The translations under genes and the position numbers were made by a program. Below the pieces are notes generated by a model, which saw only the letters and a list, made by a program, of their open reading frames with translations, was not told where the DNA came from and did no database searches. 64,000 bases of DNA, taken from the NCBI RefSeq assembly GCF_011386835.1, contig NC_088808.1:22568001-22632000 (forward strand). Direction: 5' to 3'. This stretch comes from Chrysemys picta bellii (lineage: Eukaryota). Shown here piece by piece: positions 13,301 through 27,400 of the stretch (its first letter is position 1; each line of letters begins with the position of its first letter).

Positions 13301-16300
13301 TTTGCCCAGTGTGACAGGCAGACATTTGTGTGTAAAGGAGAAGAGTCTGCCACCAATCAGAGATTGTTTCTGAATGGATGTGTCAGGGGTCACGCAACAG
13401 GAAAGAGTTGGGGATTTTTAAATTTATTTTTACACCTTCCTTTACTGTATTGATTTTATTTTTTAGTTGTACCTGCTCACAGAATGGCCTTGGAAGGACT
13501 GACCATACAAGCTGGGCTTTTATTCCCTTTTATATTGCCTTGCAGATGGAAGTGTTTCCTTCTGTTCCCCACCCTCAGTCTCAGCCACTACCTCTGTCCA
13601 TCAGCTCTCCATAATTTTCTCTCTAGCATATAGTGATGTTGACAAGATTTTCTTTGCTTCGGTATCTGCTTTCCAAGAACATGCCTGTGTTGCTGACCCT
13701 ACCTGAGAAATGAAAACCACGGAAAGAGGCATCCAAGATAAACAATGAAGTCAAGGATATCTTCTGAAAGTTCGCTGGTAGCCCCGTGGGCTTTTTTTCC
13801 CCGAGAGGAAGCTGGACATGTCTACCCATGGTAGGATTACTCAAGTGGAGGGGGTGGATGCTGTGGAGGCCCACAGTGTTGCTGAAGCTGCTTTGTAATG
13901 CCCTTCATAGATAGGAATCCACTTACCTGTCTGTTGGTAACTAGTTGGATACAAACCCACCACATTTATTATTAGAAGTCCGCAGCACTATCCACTGTGC
14001 CACAGAGCCTGGTTTTTTCTGGGCCCTCTCATTCTTTTCATTTTGTTGACTATGTCTTTTTTCCACTTCTTTTAAAATAGAAGGCTCATCTGTAGGAAGG
14101 TCCCAGGCAGCAGTTATTCTCCTTAGCTTGGTCTTCGAGTATTCCCAAAAGAAGAATCTTTCCTGTATTTCACTATTTGTCTCATTAGTTCTGACCTGGA
14201 GAGCTGAAGTTCTTTCCATGAAGAAGACTCAGCCCTCTTCATAATAGCTTTTCTTTGCCGTTTTCTTTCTAGACGAGTGCTTTGGACAGGGAGCCTGCAC
14301 CCTACAGAAACTTTAACTAGAGTCTGAAAGATTCGGACTCTGAACTTAAAAATAACAGGGTTCATTCTGGGTGTGCAGCCTCTTGGGGAGGCAGTGACGA
14401 TCACATCCCTCTTTGGTTTCAGTTTTACAGTTTTTGTCCATACGAGATAAGGATATCTGAGGCAGGGTTAAGTAATGTCCTGGGGAGCCAGACGTGTCGG
14501 TTTCCTTAAGAACATAAGAACGACCGTACTGGGTCAGACTAAAGGTCCATCTAGCCCAGTACTCTATCTACCGACAGTGGCCAATGTCAGGTGCCCCAGA
14601 GGGAGTGAACCTAACGGGTAATGATCAAGTGATCTCTCTCCTGCCATCCATCTCCATCCTTTGACAAACAGAGTCTAGGGACACCATTCCTTACCCATCG
14701 TGGCTAATAGCCATTAATGGACTTAACCTCCATGAATTTATCCAGTTCTTTTAAACGCTGTTATAGTCCTAGCCATCACAACCTCCTCAGGCAAGGAGTT
14801 CCACAAGTTGACTGTGCGCTGTGTGAAGAAGAGCTTCCTTTTGTTTGTTTTAAACCTGCTGCATATTCATTTCATTTGGTGACCCCTAGTTCTTGTATTA
14901 TGGGAATAAGTAAATAACTTTTCCTTATCTACTTTCTCCACATCACTCATGATTTTATATACATCTATCATATCTCCCCTTAGACTCCTCTTTTCCAAGC
15001 TGAAAAGTCCTAGCCTCTTTAATATCTCCATGTATGGGACCCGTTCCAAACCCCTAATCATTTTAGTTGGCCTTTTCTGAACCTTTTCTAGTGCCAGTAT
15101 ATCTTTTTTGAGATGAGGAGACCACATCTATACGCAGTATTCAAGATGTGGGCATACCATCAATTTACATTAGGGCAATAATATATTCTCCTTCTTATTC
15201 TCTATCCTCTTTTTAATGATTCCTAACATCCTGTTTGCTTTTTTGACCGCCTCTGCACACTGCGTGGACGTCTTCAGAGAACTAAGCACAATGACTCCAA
15301 GATCTTTTTCCTGATTTGTTGTAGCTAAATTAGCCCCCATTATATTGTATGTATAGTTGGGGTTATTTTTTCCCAATATGCATTAGTTTACATTTATCCA
15401 CATGAAATTTAATTTGCCATTTTGTTGCCCAATCACTTAGTTTTGTGAGATCTTTTTGAAGTTCTTCACAGTCTGCTTTGGTCTTAACTATCTTGAGCAG
15501 TTTAGTATCATCTGCAAAATTTGCCACCTCACTTTTTACCCCTTTCTCCAGATCATTTATGAATAAGTTGAATAGGATTGGTCCTAGGACCATCCCTTGG
15601 GGAACACCACTAGTTACCCCTCTCCATTCTGAGAATTTACCATTAATTCCTACCCTTTGTTCCCTGTCTTTTAACCAGTTCTCAATCCATGAAAGGACCT
15701 TCCCTCTTATCCCATGACAACTTAATTTACGTAAGAGCCTTTGGTGAGGGACCTTGTTCAAAGGCTTTCTGGAAATCTAAGTACACTATGTCCACCGGAT
15801 CCTCCTTGTCCACATGTTTGTTGACCCCTTCAAAGAACTCTAATAGATTAGTAAGACACGATTTCCCTTTTCAGAAACCATGTTGACTTCTGCCCAACAA
15901 TTTATGTTCTTCTATGTGTCTGACAATTCTATTCTTTACTATTGTTTCGACTAATTTGCCCGGTACCAACGTTAGACTTACCGGTCTGTAATTGCTGGGA
16001 TCACCTCTAGAGCCCTTTTTAAATATCGGCGTTACATTAGCTATCTTCCAGTTGTTGGGTACAGCGGCCGATTTAAAGGACAGGTTACAAACCCTAGTTA
16101 ATAGTTGCGGAACTTCACATTTGAGTTCTTTCAGAACTCTTGGGTGACTGCCATCCGGTCCCGGTGACTTGTTAAGTTTATCAATTAATTCCAAAACCTC
16201 CTCTAGTGACACTTCAATCTGTGACAGTTCCTCAGATCCGTCACCTACAAAAGCCGGCTCAGGTTTGGGAATCTCCCTAACATCCTCAGCCTATTAATTT

Positions 16301-18439
16301 CATTTGGTGACCCCTATATTTTGTACCCCGGAATGATTGTGTCCCATTGATTGTCCTCAGTCCACCAGGTTTCTGTGATGCCTATTATACCAATATCCTC
16401 CTTTATCACGAGGCACTCTAGTTCACCCATCTTAGTATTTAGACTTCTAGCATTTGTGTACAACCACTTTAAAAAACTTGTCACTGTTTATTTGTCTGCC
16501 CTTTTCTGATGTGTCCGATTCTTTATGTGAATGTTTCTCATCGGATCTGGCCCTTACATTATCCTCTTCCATCCTCTGCTCCTGACTATAACCCAGAGAA
16601 TCTCTATCAATGGACTCTCCTCTAAGAGAAGTCTCTGTCTGATCCACATGCTCCTCTGCAGCAGTCAGCTTTCCCCTTGAAGGATTTTGCCTTTGGTTGC
16701 TCCATGTTCCTTTGATCCCCTTGTCAGTGCAGTTAGAAACAAGTCTTGGAGGAGAGGATGTGCATACCAGCCAGCCATATGGCTGCCAGTGGGGAATCCC
16801 AGTTTCTACCTCTGTATACCCTGAATGCCAGGAACTTGTTGGATGAGGGAAGCCCAGCTGAGAGGTCCCCATAGAAAAAAGGGGCTGGCTAATGCCTGTA
16901 AGTAAGGCATAAAAAGTTAAGTGCTCAATGTAATCTTGTCAACTAGATTTTGTGTTTGCCTTCTGTGGCCTCGCACTGGCCACTGAAATGGAGGGCACCC
17001 ACTGTTGGAACCATTGTCACCAGCACTGGATCCCAAGGCAGGCTCAGGTGGAGAAACCTCTTCCCACCGTGCCATTTGTCTCAGTCCTCCTTCCCCACCT
17101 TTGCAGTGGGAGAGGGAGAAGATGGAGCAGTAGTTTACAAGGCATTCTCAAGAAGTTTGGCAGTTGTGATTTTTGGCTCAGAGAAACCACCCTGCTTCTT
17201 TTATTTCCTGCTTTGTGCGAAGGAGTGCATTACTTGCCACCTCCTCGATTCTGCAGCCCTGGTTCTCTCCTGGTCCAGCGGAGGAAGACCTAGGAGCTCC
17301 TTTCCTGTGTTGGGGGGTTACCTGGGCCACAAAGCTAGCAGAGTTCACTATCTATACACTCTGATTGGGGAGAGATGCAAGAGAAGCAGAATTTTGCATT
17401 AGGCTTCTCTGCATGTAGGTCTGTTATGCTGGGATCAAAGAAAAGCTGCAAAAGGTATGCCAGGAAGTGTGCTGCTCAGAGCTTCAGGAATGAAGGCAAG
17501 CAATTAAGTGCTCAGTCCTAAAAGCCGACCCAAAAGTTTGACAGGTCCAGCCAAATTTAAGCCTAATTGCAACAGATAATATTAGTTTTTGGTTTAGTTT
17601 TTAAAAAGTTTTAGATCCAACAATCCTTAAACTCAACAGCAGGTGAAGTCAATCTTTCCGTCCAACAAACTGGCCAGCTCTTCACCAGGAGGGGCATATC
17701 CCTGAACCAGCAATTCACAGCTCTGAGCTCTAGCCTGAAAGCAGGCAAAAAGACCCATGGTCAGATCTGTAGATCTTAATACACTGAAGAACACACTGGT
17801 GGATCAGTACATTTTTCCAGCATTGATTGTGAACCAGTGATTAGAAAGAAGGAAAGAAAAGACCCCTAATGTCAGCTTTCTCACAGGTCACACGGAGACA
17901 GCCCCCTGAGAAAGAAGCAGCTAGCACAATGCCCACAGCGAGTCCCGACCAAACCTGCTAGAAGTGTCACCAGAAAGGAAATTGATGGATACATTTATCT
18001 TGGTGTCAGAAAGCAAAATGTTCTGAGAAAAATTTCTTGTGCTCTTTAGTCAAATGAGCTGCACTATTTTCCCTCTTTTTTCCATCTGTCCAGGGAATCT
18101 AGCATTAAGTAAGGTTGAGAAACAATCAATTCACATTTTTTACGTAGCACAGACAGAAAAACTGCCAGACATCAGGGTGGGAAAGACAATGTAAATCTGG
18201 AAGAATGGCAAAGTTTAAGTTAGAAAACGTTGAAACGCAAAAAGGCAGTGATCAGCACTTATGGTCTATCTTGTTAAGATCTGGCAGCTATTTGTTACTT
18301 ATATACAAAGGTCCTTTGTGTGATTTACCTGATATAGGTTCTTATGATTGGGTTATACAGAAATCCTTGATCCTGGCTCACAGTGTAGTTTTAGATGGAG
18401 GGGAGAGTTTTGAATAGATGGCGATTACTTAAGATGCTA

Positions 18440-18499
<60 letters not shown>

Positions 18500-21400
18500 A
18501 ATAAAGTGTGTGTGTGTGTGTGTGTGTAAAAATGGATCGAACACAATCAATTGGGCTAAAAAGATATATTTATAAAAAGATTGCATAACGAGCCCATTAC
18601 AAGTAAATTGTATCACCTATGTACGGTGGACACACCTTGACTATGGAGTTCTTATAATTTTAATATTTCTTGTATGTTTTTTCTTCATTTGTTTAAAAAG
18701 ATACCAGAATAACAATTGTCTTGATTAAGCAAGACAAGAAACCTCATTGAGCAAGTATTGAGCTAACTAACGTGGCACAACTGGGGTCTGAAAGGTTAAA
18801 ATACTCCCAGTATAGCTTTAGATTACACATAACAGATAAAATTCACTAAGAGATTTAAATCAAGTGTTCCTTGTGGGTATACTTTACTGACTACAGACAC
18901 CGTGTGCAGGGAGTCTACTCTAAAGCTGACATCACATAAGTTTGGCTTGTTTTAATATGCCAGTCAGTCAATCAGAAAAGGTCCTAATGCACTCTTTAGA
19001 ACCCTAAGGGTTCTACCCAAGTCTATCCTTAAAGTAGTGTATTAATAAATAGATACCTACCTACCTTCCTTTTTCCTACAAAAGGAAGATTGGATTGGAT
19101 TCTCTATGGTATTAATCAATGTCTATTTTTAATTGGCTAGAAGGGATCTTGGTGAATGGCATTAGATGCTCCCTGCTCAGGGAACATGGGCCTGGGATAT
19201 TAATCCTACTTTATTTCATGGCAATGGAAAGCCTGACTAGGCTACAAATGTTTTAAATCAACATTAATTTTGCAAAATAAGTTAAGACCTTTTGTTAAAG
19301 CATCACAGAACACTCAGAAATACAGGTGGTAATTAAATATAGTCACCTGTGGTGTTTCATGACCTTTTCTACTATAGTTCTGAATAAAGTCCACTAGCCC
19401 ATGTACCACAGTCTTCACCGCCACCATTGCATTTTCCAGCTGCTCCCATGTTGGAGAAGTTGCATCTACAATTGATAAATTTAAAGCACGTTTTAACAAT
19501 AATTCCAATATCATCGTCTTAAATGAGACAACTTTTATATTACACCAGAAACACCCAATACAAGGATTAAGAGGAAACAATCTTGAACAGCAGCTTAAAA
19601 ACATCAATTGATGGGAACGGTTTAGAGCAGAAACAGAATTTATTGCCAGTATAGTTATATTTTTCATAATAAGAAAATGGAAAAAGTTTTTTTTTACATT
19701 TATTAGCACCATTCACATACCTGGATTAGGATCTATGTTTGCCAGAAGCTCTAAATGAGGCCTAAGTCTGTTTAAGTTTGCTGGATCACCTGTACGTTGC
19801 AAGACAATTGTCAACTCCTGTACACTTTTTGCAAATGATTCTGGAGACTGGAGCTGAAAATAAAAGTGACATTAATGCTCTTCATTCTATAAACTGGACA
19901 TTTTAACAGAAAAAGTATTCTCATTTTCTTTCAAGAGAGATGGGCTCCAAAATGATATAGGTAGTGTCTTCAGCTTGCATATAGTAATTATCAGTGGTGA
20001 GAGATTACAATTCTCAGCTCAGAATCTGCCCTATGAAGCTTCATCATAAGACACAAAACTAGAATAAGTGATTTTTTTTTGCACTGCTTCTCTGTGACTT
20101 TTGTAAACACTAAACATTCTGAAAAGGGCTTTGTACATAAAGATTACGTATGAAAAAACAGCTATCCTAGTTTCTAGTCATGTTAAAACTTAGTTAAAAT
20201 TAGAGGTTATAGTTTAAAAACTGCTTCAGCATTATACCCTTTAACTGTTAAATCTACCAAGAAAAGGACACTAAATCTATCCCATTGACGAACCTTGTCA
20301 ATAATGGATTGCATGTGTGACTTATGTGCCAGGTCACCATAAAGGAGGGAAGACCATTGTTCTGGTGATATTCGAAGTCCTGCTTCCATGGCAATGTGGA
20401 CAATTTGGGCATCATGTTCCCTCCGCAAAGCCTCATAACTCCGAAATTCCTCTTTAAGCTGCATCAGAGAAGAATCTTCATCCCTTTTGGTGACCTAAAA
20501 ACAAGAATTCAACAATGCTTAGAAACTTCATATTTCTTTAATTACAGCAGAGTCGATCAGAGTCCAGCTGATGTATAAACAAGTGTGCTGTGGTTTATAG
20601 CACTGGGTCTCAACCAGGGGTCCAGGGCCCCCTAGGGGGCCGCGAGCAGTTTCAGGAGGTCCTCCAAGCACGGTCAGTATTAGACTCACTGTGGCCCAGG
20701 GCAGAAATCCGAAGCCCCACCGCAGTTATTGTGGCACAGGTGGGCCATGGAGATTTTATAGCATGTTGGGGGGGCCTCAGAGAGAAAAAGGTTGAGAACC
20801 CTTTGTATAGAGAATCAACATTTAGTTCTTTCAACTATTCATCCCCCTGCAGGGTACTAGCATTACTGCGGGCTAGCCAGATAATCCAGTGTTGTATAGA
20901 TAGTCATTATGAGGACATGACATCGAGTCCAATCACTTCAACTAAGGCAGAAATTGGATTTGCTTAAGTCTTTGAAGATATGATGTGGTTTGCAGGATAT
21001 ACAGCTATAGGATTAGACCTTCAGTTCCACTATCATTTCGATATATCCAATGTTAAAAGACAATTCAAAGAGAGACAGGCAAAATTCAGAATTTAATTGG
21101 TAAATATGGGGCGGGAGGGGAGGGTGAAAGATGATCAAAAAGTTGCAGTGCACTCTATAATTTAGAGTATACCTTACAGAAAGACAATTAGTATCAGTAC
21201 AGTATTAAAAATACCTGGCTCTTACATACACCTTTCATCTGAGGATCACACTTCACTTTATATACATATTAAACCTCACAAATATTGGCATAGTCAGTAT
21301 TATCCCATTTTATTGATAGATAAACTGAGACACAGTAAAGCAAAATATCTTGGTTCAAGGTCACTAATTGCATCAGTGACACAGGCAAGAATAGAACCCA

Positions 21401-24400
21401 CAAGTTCTGGCTCCTAGTCCTTTAACTCATGTGCAACACTGCATCTTTATAAAAAGAAAAGTAAAGTAAAGATGTGATACACATTTTATTATGATTATCC
21501 AGAAAAACATCCAACAAATCTTATTTGGGGGGAAAAGGTGTTATTGCTAATGGGTCACAAATCAAATTACTGCTTACATTATGTGTATATCAAGTATGAT
21601 TTCTGATAGAAGGCCTAGCGTATATGCTGAAATAAAAATTTAACCATCTTCCCATGTCATCGAACATAAGAGCTTTTGTATCAAATATTGATATTCTATC
21701 AAAGATGTCCAGAACAAACTACTGTCTTTGTCAGCTGATATTATTTTATTGCCTTTCTGGGCCAAGTAATTTCTTAATGATCGTGCTCTACATTACCATA
21801 CAGGAAGGCAGAGTTCACTTCCTACTCCTGATCTCTTATTCTTCAGAGACGAAGAGTTGGGAGCATTCAGTGGAAAAAGAGGCATGGTATAATAATTGAG
21901 AGGTTTAAACATTTCATGTCCATTTTATAATGGATGCATCGGTACTGAATGCATTAAGATTCACTCTCCATATATTTCAATCCCACCATCTCTGTGTATG
22001 CAGAGACTATAGTTAGTGGGATTAGATGGGGTCGGCAACCTTTCAGAAGTGGGGTGCCGAGTCTTCATTTATTCACTCTAATTTAAGGTTTCGCATGCCA
22101 GTCATACATTTTAACATTTTTAGAAGGTCTCTTTCTATAAGTCTACATTATATAACTAAATTATTGTATGTAAACAAGGTTTTCAAAATGTTTAAGAAGC
22201 GTCATTTACAATTAAATTAAAATGCTGATCTTATGCCACCAGCCTGCTCAGCTTGCTGCCAGCCTGGGGTTCTGTTCACCTAGGCCAGCAGCGGGCTGAG
22301 CAGGGCCTATGGCCGGGACCCCAAACCTGGGGGGGGAGGGGGAGGGAGGGGGAAGAGGGTGTTTCAGGAGTCAGGGCAGAGGGCTGGGGTGTATGGGGGT
22401 GCAGGACAGAAGGCTGGGTGTGTGGGGGGTTCAAGGGTCAGGGCAGAGGGCTGGGGGGGTGCAGGACAGAAGGCTGGGTGTGTGGGGGGTTCAAGGGTCA
22501 GGGCAGAGGGCTGGGGGGGTGCAGGGCAGAAGGCCAGGTGTGTGTTGGGGTGTGGGGGGGTTCAGGGCAGAGGGCTGGGGGTGCAGGGCAGAAGGCTGGG
22601 GGTGTGTTGGTGTGAGGGTGCAGGGCAGAGGGCTGGGGGTGTGTTGGTGTGAGGGTGCAGGGCAGAGGGCTGGGGGTGTGTTGGTGTGAGGGTGCAGGGC
22701 AGAGGGCTGGGAGTATGGGGGTGCAGGGCAGAGGGCTGGGTGTGTGTTGGGGTGGGGGGTTCAGGGCAGAGGGCTGGGGGGGTGCAAGGCAGAAGGCTGG
22801 GTGTGTGGGGGGGGGTTCAGGGCAGAGGGCTGTGAGTGTGGGGGTGCAGGGCAGAAGGCTGGGGTGCTCGGCTCATGGGAGTGCTCCCAGCCCCCTGCCC
22901 TGAGCGGCTCAAGGCACGGGGCTGGAAGGGATATGCCCTGTTCCACCCCCTTCCCCCAGGCTCCGTCCCTACCTCTCTCTGCCTGCTCTACGGAGCTGTG
23001 TGCACGCTGCCGCTCGCTAGGGCCATCAGCTGATTGGTGCAGGGACGGAGAGGAGGAGGGGCAGGAAAGCACCGCTGGGGGAAGAAGAGGGGGATAGGGG
23101 AAGCTTGGCTGCTGCAGAACCAAGCTTCTGCCTCCTGCCCCCGCAGGGGAGAGCGGTGGGCGGGGAGGCTGAGTGGGGCTGGGGGCCGGGACTACGTCAG
23201 GGAACTGCGTGCCACTCAAAAATCGGCTTACGTGCCGTAGGTTGCCGACCCCTGGATTAGATGATTAATTGCTTTTAGATCACTTCTTGATGCTTCATTG
23301 TATCTTTAGATTGGGTAAAATCTGAATTTGAGTAGCATGTTGCAGGTGAAATATATTCATGCCATATTGTTCCTCAGAACTATATGCTAAACATTGCTAA
23401 TGTATCAAAAAGTTTTTAAAAAATAAAACTGGTATTAAGTTGCAAAAAATAAAAAGCAAGTTTTCATTTTAAATTATCCAATCTTTTACCTTAAAGCATG
23501 ATGCTCGATACAGTAGTTGCACAACATGACCAATGCTTGTTTTTGATGCCTGAGGAAATCTTGGTTCTAGTCTTTGCACAACAAAAAGTACCAAAACTTT
23601 TCTTGAGAGCGCAGAGCCATCTTCAAGTGCCAGTAACACAAGTTTCAAAGCCTCTTCTTGCATAGCTTTAAACAGATGTAAAAAAAAAATAGTCATAAGA
23701 AAAGTAAGACTACCACATATTAACAGTATACACAGGAACATTTGGTTTGAGAGTTCTTGTCCACAATATATCTTAACTATTTTTAGTCCAACAAAACAAC
23801 CACAGCAAAACACAGTCAGTGAAAACTTGCCCCATTTTAAGAAATCTGCTAGTCCAGATATGAAGCAGTACGCAGAAATGCTTGAAATGCAGTAAGTGGT
23901 TCCAGTTAAAAGAAGACAGAATGATTCAGGGCTCCCTGTTTTCAATAATATTGGCGCTTTTTAACTTTTGGTTTTACATTGCAGTCTCAACATTCAGCCT
24001 TTGTCATTTCATATAGCTTGCCAATTTTATACTAGGAAGCTGCATGAAATCTAGCGGTAGGAATGGCACAGGAATATTAGAACTACCCATCAGAATTACA
24101 AGTTCGTGGCATTGCCAACTTAAACAGAATCTTCTGATGAACCCTGCACTCAATTTGGCATCAATTTACTGATAACAGCTGGTTTATATCAAAGAGTCCA
24201 AAGCCATAAATTATAACTTAACTGCTTGTAGCACAGTATTACCATGCAACCTGGGCTGGTGGTTTTGGACTCTATGACTTAAGATATAGGCGCAAACATA
24301 ACTGAATGAGAAACCTTGTGCCTATGCACTAATCATAGTGCTCAGTACTATCTGCATGTTACATAACAGTACTGGGCTACAGACAATAAGGAAAATACAT

Positions 24401-27400
24401 CTATTTATAATAGGCTGAGATTTGTGGAACATTTCCCTGCAGTATCTAGGGATAGACCATAATAAAACCAAGAGTTATACTGGTTAGAATAACCAACCTT
24501 CTCTCCCGCCCCCTCAGCTCTTTCCCATAAACCTGGAAAACAAGAGCACATCTACCTCCAAACTGCAATGACAAGACTCCCAAGAAATGTTCTTCCTGGT
24601 AAGAAAAGAAACAGACAGATCCATTCTGCAAGAGTCCTACCTGGCCCTAGAAACTGGCATCCTCGTGCCCTGACAGCAGCCCAGAGATTGGCAGACAGTT
24701 GCTGAGGGTTCTGGTGCTGTAAAATCAGTTCTGTTACAGTTCTTTCACCAAGTGAGCGTGCTGCCCGCAGGGCTCTAACACGACCCTCCTCCTCCACCAG
24801 CTGACAATTCACCAGCGTCACCAGTTTCCTTTGCATTGGACGGCTCAGGGCACTCTGATTCAAACTAGCAACTCCTTTAAAGAAAGAGGTAAATGGTCAA
24901 CTAAGTCTTAATAAGAAGACAGATTGATCAACTAAGAGAAAGGCAAACAACTATTTCTAGTATAGGCTTAAATCACAGAACAATGCCATATCCCATCATG
25001 AACACTTTTAGCCTAAGAGGCCACTCACCATCACAACGTTGATCCAACAGTACTGATCCTTGCTGTTGAAGCATCTCCCACTCAGCCCCCCACTGCTTAT
25101 CAAGATCTGTACTAAATTGGTCTATTTTTACTCTATGCCCCTTTTCTGTGCCATGTTTGATACCACCATGCCATTTTTAGGTTTTATCTAGGATCCCCAC
25201 CTCACTTTTGGAGCGTATAACCCTTCGGGCAGCTTTCAACATGGACTACAGAACATTCCTCAGTTCCCTGCAGATCACCATAAAGGCTTTCTGGCACTTC
25301 TCTGTTTCAGTCCATCCCTTGTCACTACAATCATACATAGATAGCTGACTAATAAAGGAATTTAAATTAAAATCTAATTATGTCAAACCAAACCACCCTG
25401 TCTAGCTTAAAGAGAGTTTGGGTTCCTTTCCTATGCTTAGGTGGGAACATTATAAAATGAAAAGCAATATTAGTTACCCTCAAAAGCAAAAACAATATAG
25501 CTGCTAGACCAGGGGTCGGCAGCCTTTCAGAAGTGGTGTGCCGAGTCTTCATTTATTCACTCTGATTTAAGGTTTCATTTGCCAGTAATAGATTTTAATG
25601 TTTTTAGAAGGGCTCTTTCTATAAGTCTATAATATATAACTAAAACTATTGTGGTATATAAAGTAAACAAGGTTTTTAAAATGTTTAAGAAGTTTCATTT
25701 AAAATTAAATTAAAATGCAGAGCCCCTCAGACCGGTGGCCAGGGCCCAGGCAGTGTGAGTGCCACTGAAAATCAGCTCGCGTGCTGCCTTCGGCACACGT
25801 GCCATAGGTTGCCTATCCCTGTACTAGACTGTTATTTACCAAGCACCACAGATGTGCATGAACCAATAAAGATATAAAGGAAAAGTTACCAGAAAGATAG
25901 TTGTTCTATCACTTCACAGCCTGAAACCAGTTAGAGAACATACTTCTGTTAAGAGTAAGCTTGTCTGATATACCAAGAATTGCAGAGTTTTAAGACAACT
26001 TACCCTTTCCTCCACTTAGTGGCTTTAAGTAGAGTGCCAAATCCTCAACACATTTCTTTGCTACCTCATAATGTTTGTTCTCTCCTAGGTTACTTAACTT
26101 TACTGTCTGATGATCTGGTACCTACAAAAATTGCAAAGGAAAGAAAAGGGAGTTGTAGCCAGTGTACATAATCTTTCACAGGACCTGCCTTACTCACCTT
26201 AACACAGTATGAGCATCATTATTGCTAATTATATAACACCATAGATCTCTCATAGATAACACTGCTCTTCACAAAGAAATGAAAGACAGGTTCAACCCCA
26301 AGGTGTTTGGAATGTAATAATCACAATACAGCAAGGGATTATAGAGGATGATGGTTATGGTGATGAAAAACTATGATATTATTATGATATTGTTACAGCA
26401 CATTTCTTGTGGCGTTTTTGGGTTGACACATTAAAATGTGGAGATTAAGGAGGAAAACAGGGCAGGAGGGGAGGACTGTGATGGAAGACCAGCTGAAAGA
26501 ACTAACCTCTGAAAGGTTATTTGAAAGGTAAGGTGCATGGTACACAGGGCCTGGGAGGATGATCAATGCATAGAGGCAGCATGAGAAGAAGTGCAGAGTT
26601 GCTTGTAGGAGACCAAGGAAGTGACCAGATGCAATTAACTGGCCAAGAGCAGAACACGAAAAGGTGAGCAAGGAGAAATTAGAGACAGAAATGTAGCCAA
26701 GCACAGCATGCAGTCAGTCCTTGAAGGGAAGAATGGTGAGTCTGAACTTGGTGCATGACTCACCGTGGGCATGATCTGGTCAGAGTGGCAGAAAACAAAG
26801 GGGATTTTAGTTACAATGTACTGAACAAGCTAAGATGTACTGTGAGAAGTCGGGCAGTCAGAGGAAGTGAGATTGCAATAGGCAGACAAGGTGACTATTA
26901 CAAACACTATATTAGCAATAGAGAATGAAAGAAATATATGGAGTTGAGAAGGGAAAACAAACTAGTGTATGACACTATGTTCCATAACATACACAATGAT
27001 TTTTTTAATATACACATTGTTATCACATCTGTCTGGATGACAAGTTAAAATAAGCAACGCACTAAGCAGCTCACAATAAAATACATCCTCTGCAGGTAGC
27101 ACCCCAATTCTTTTGAAGAATTATTAACTTGAAAAAGGTAAAAAACAATTTGAAAACACATGTGACAGGCCACAAGAGAGACAGATTATTTACTTACAAG
27201 TTTCAAGTGCGATGCGGACTTTATCAACATTCCTGTGCCACCACTATGAGGCACTGGAGGGAAAAATTTCTAATTCAATTAGTTGATGAGACACTCTCTC
27301 AAGTGCAACCTAAATGCCATCATGGGTGCTTCAAAAGAATGGATGTCTGAACCTGGGTTCAGAGGTCAGATTCTTTTCAATGTAAGAAGTAACATGAGGT

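Noticed and set aside
14867-16212. Reverse-transcriptase ORFs as a functional gene
   Set aside because: Fragmented by frameshifts and an internal deletion; dead CR1 copy.
19466-19712. Long upstream part of ORF 19314-19712 as extra coding sequence
   Set aside because: Short AT-rich intron between RC3H2 exons 7 and 8 with canonical splice sites; only 19347-19465 is exon.
22253-23240. Many Gly/Val-rich ORFs
   Set aside because: Translations of the minisatellite inside a hAT MITE.
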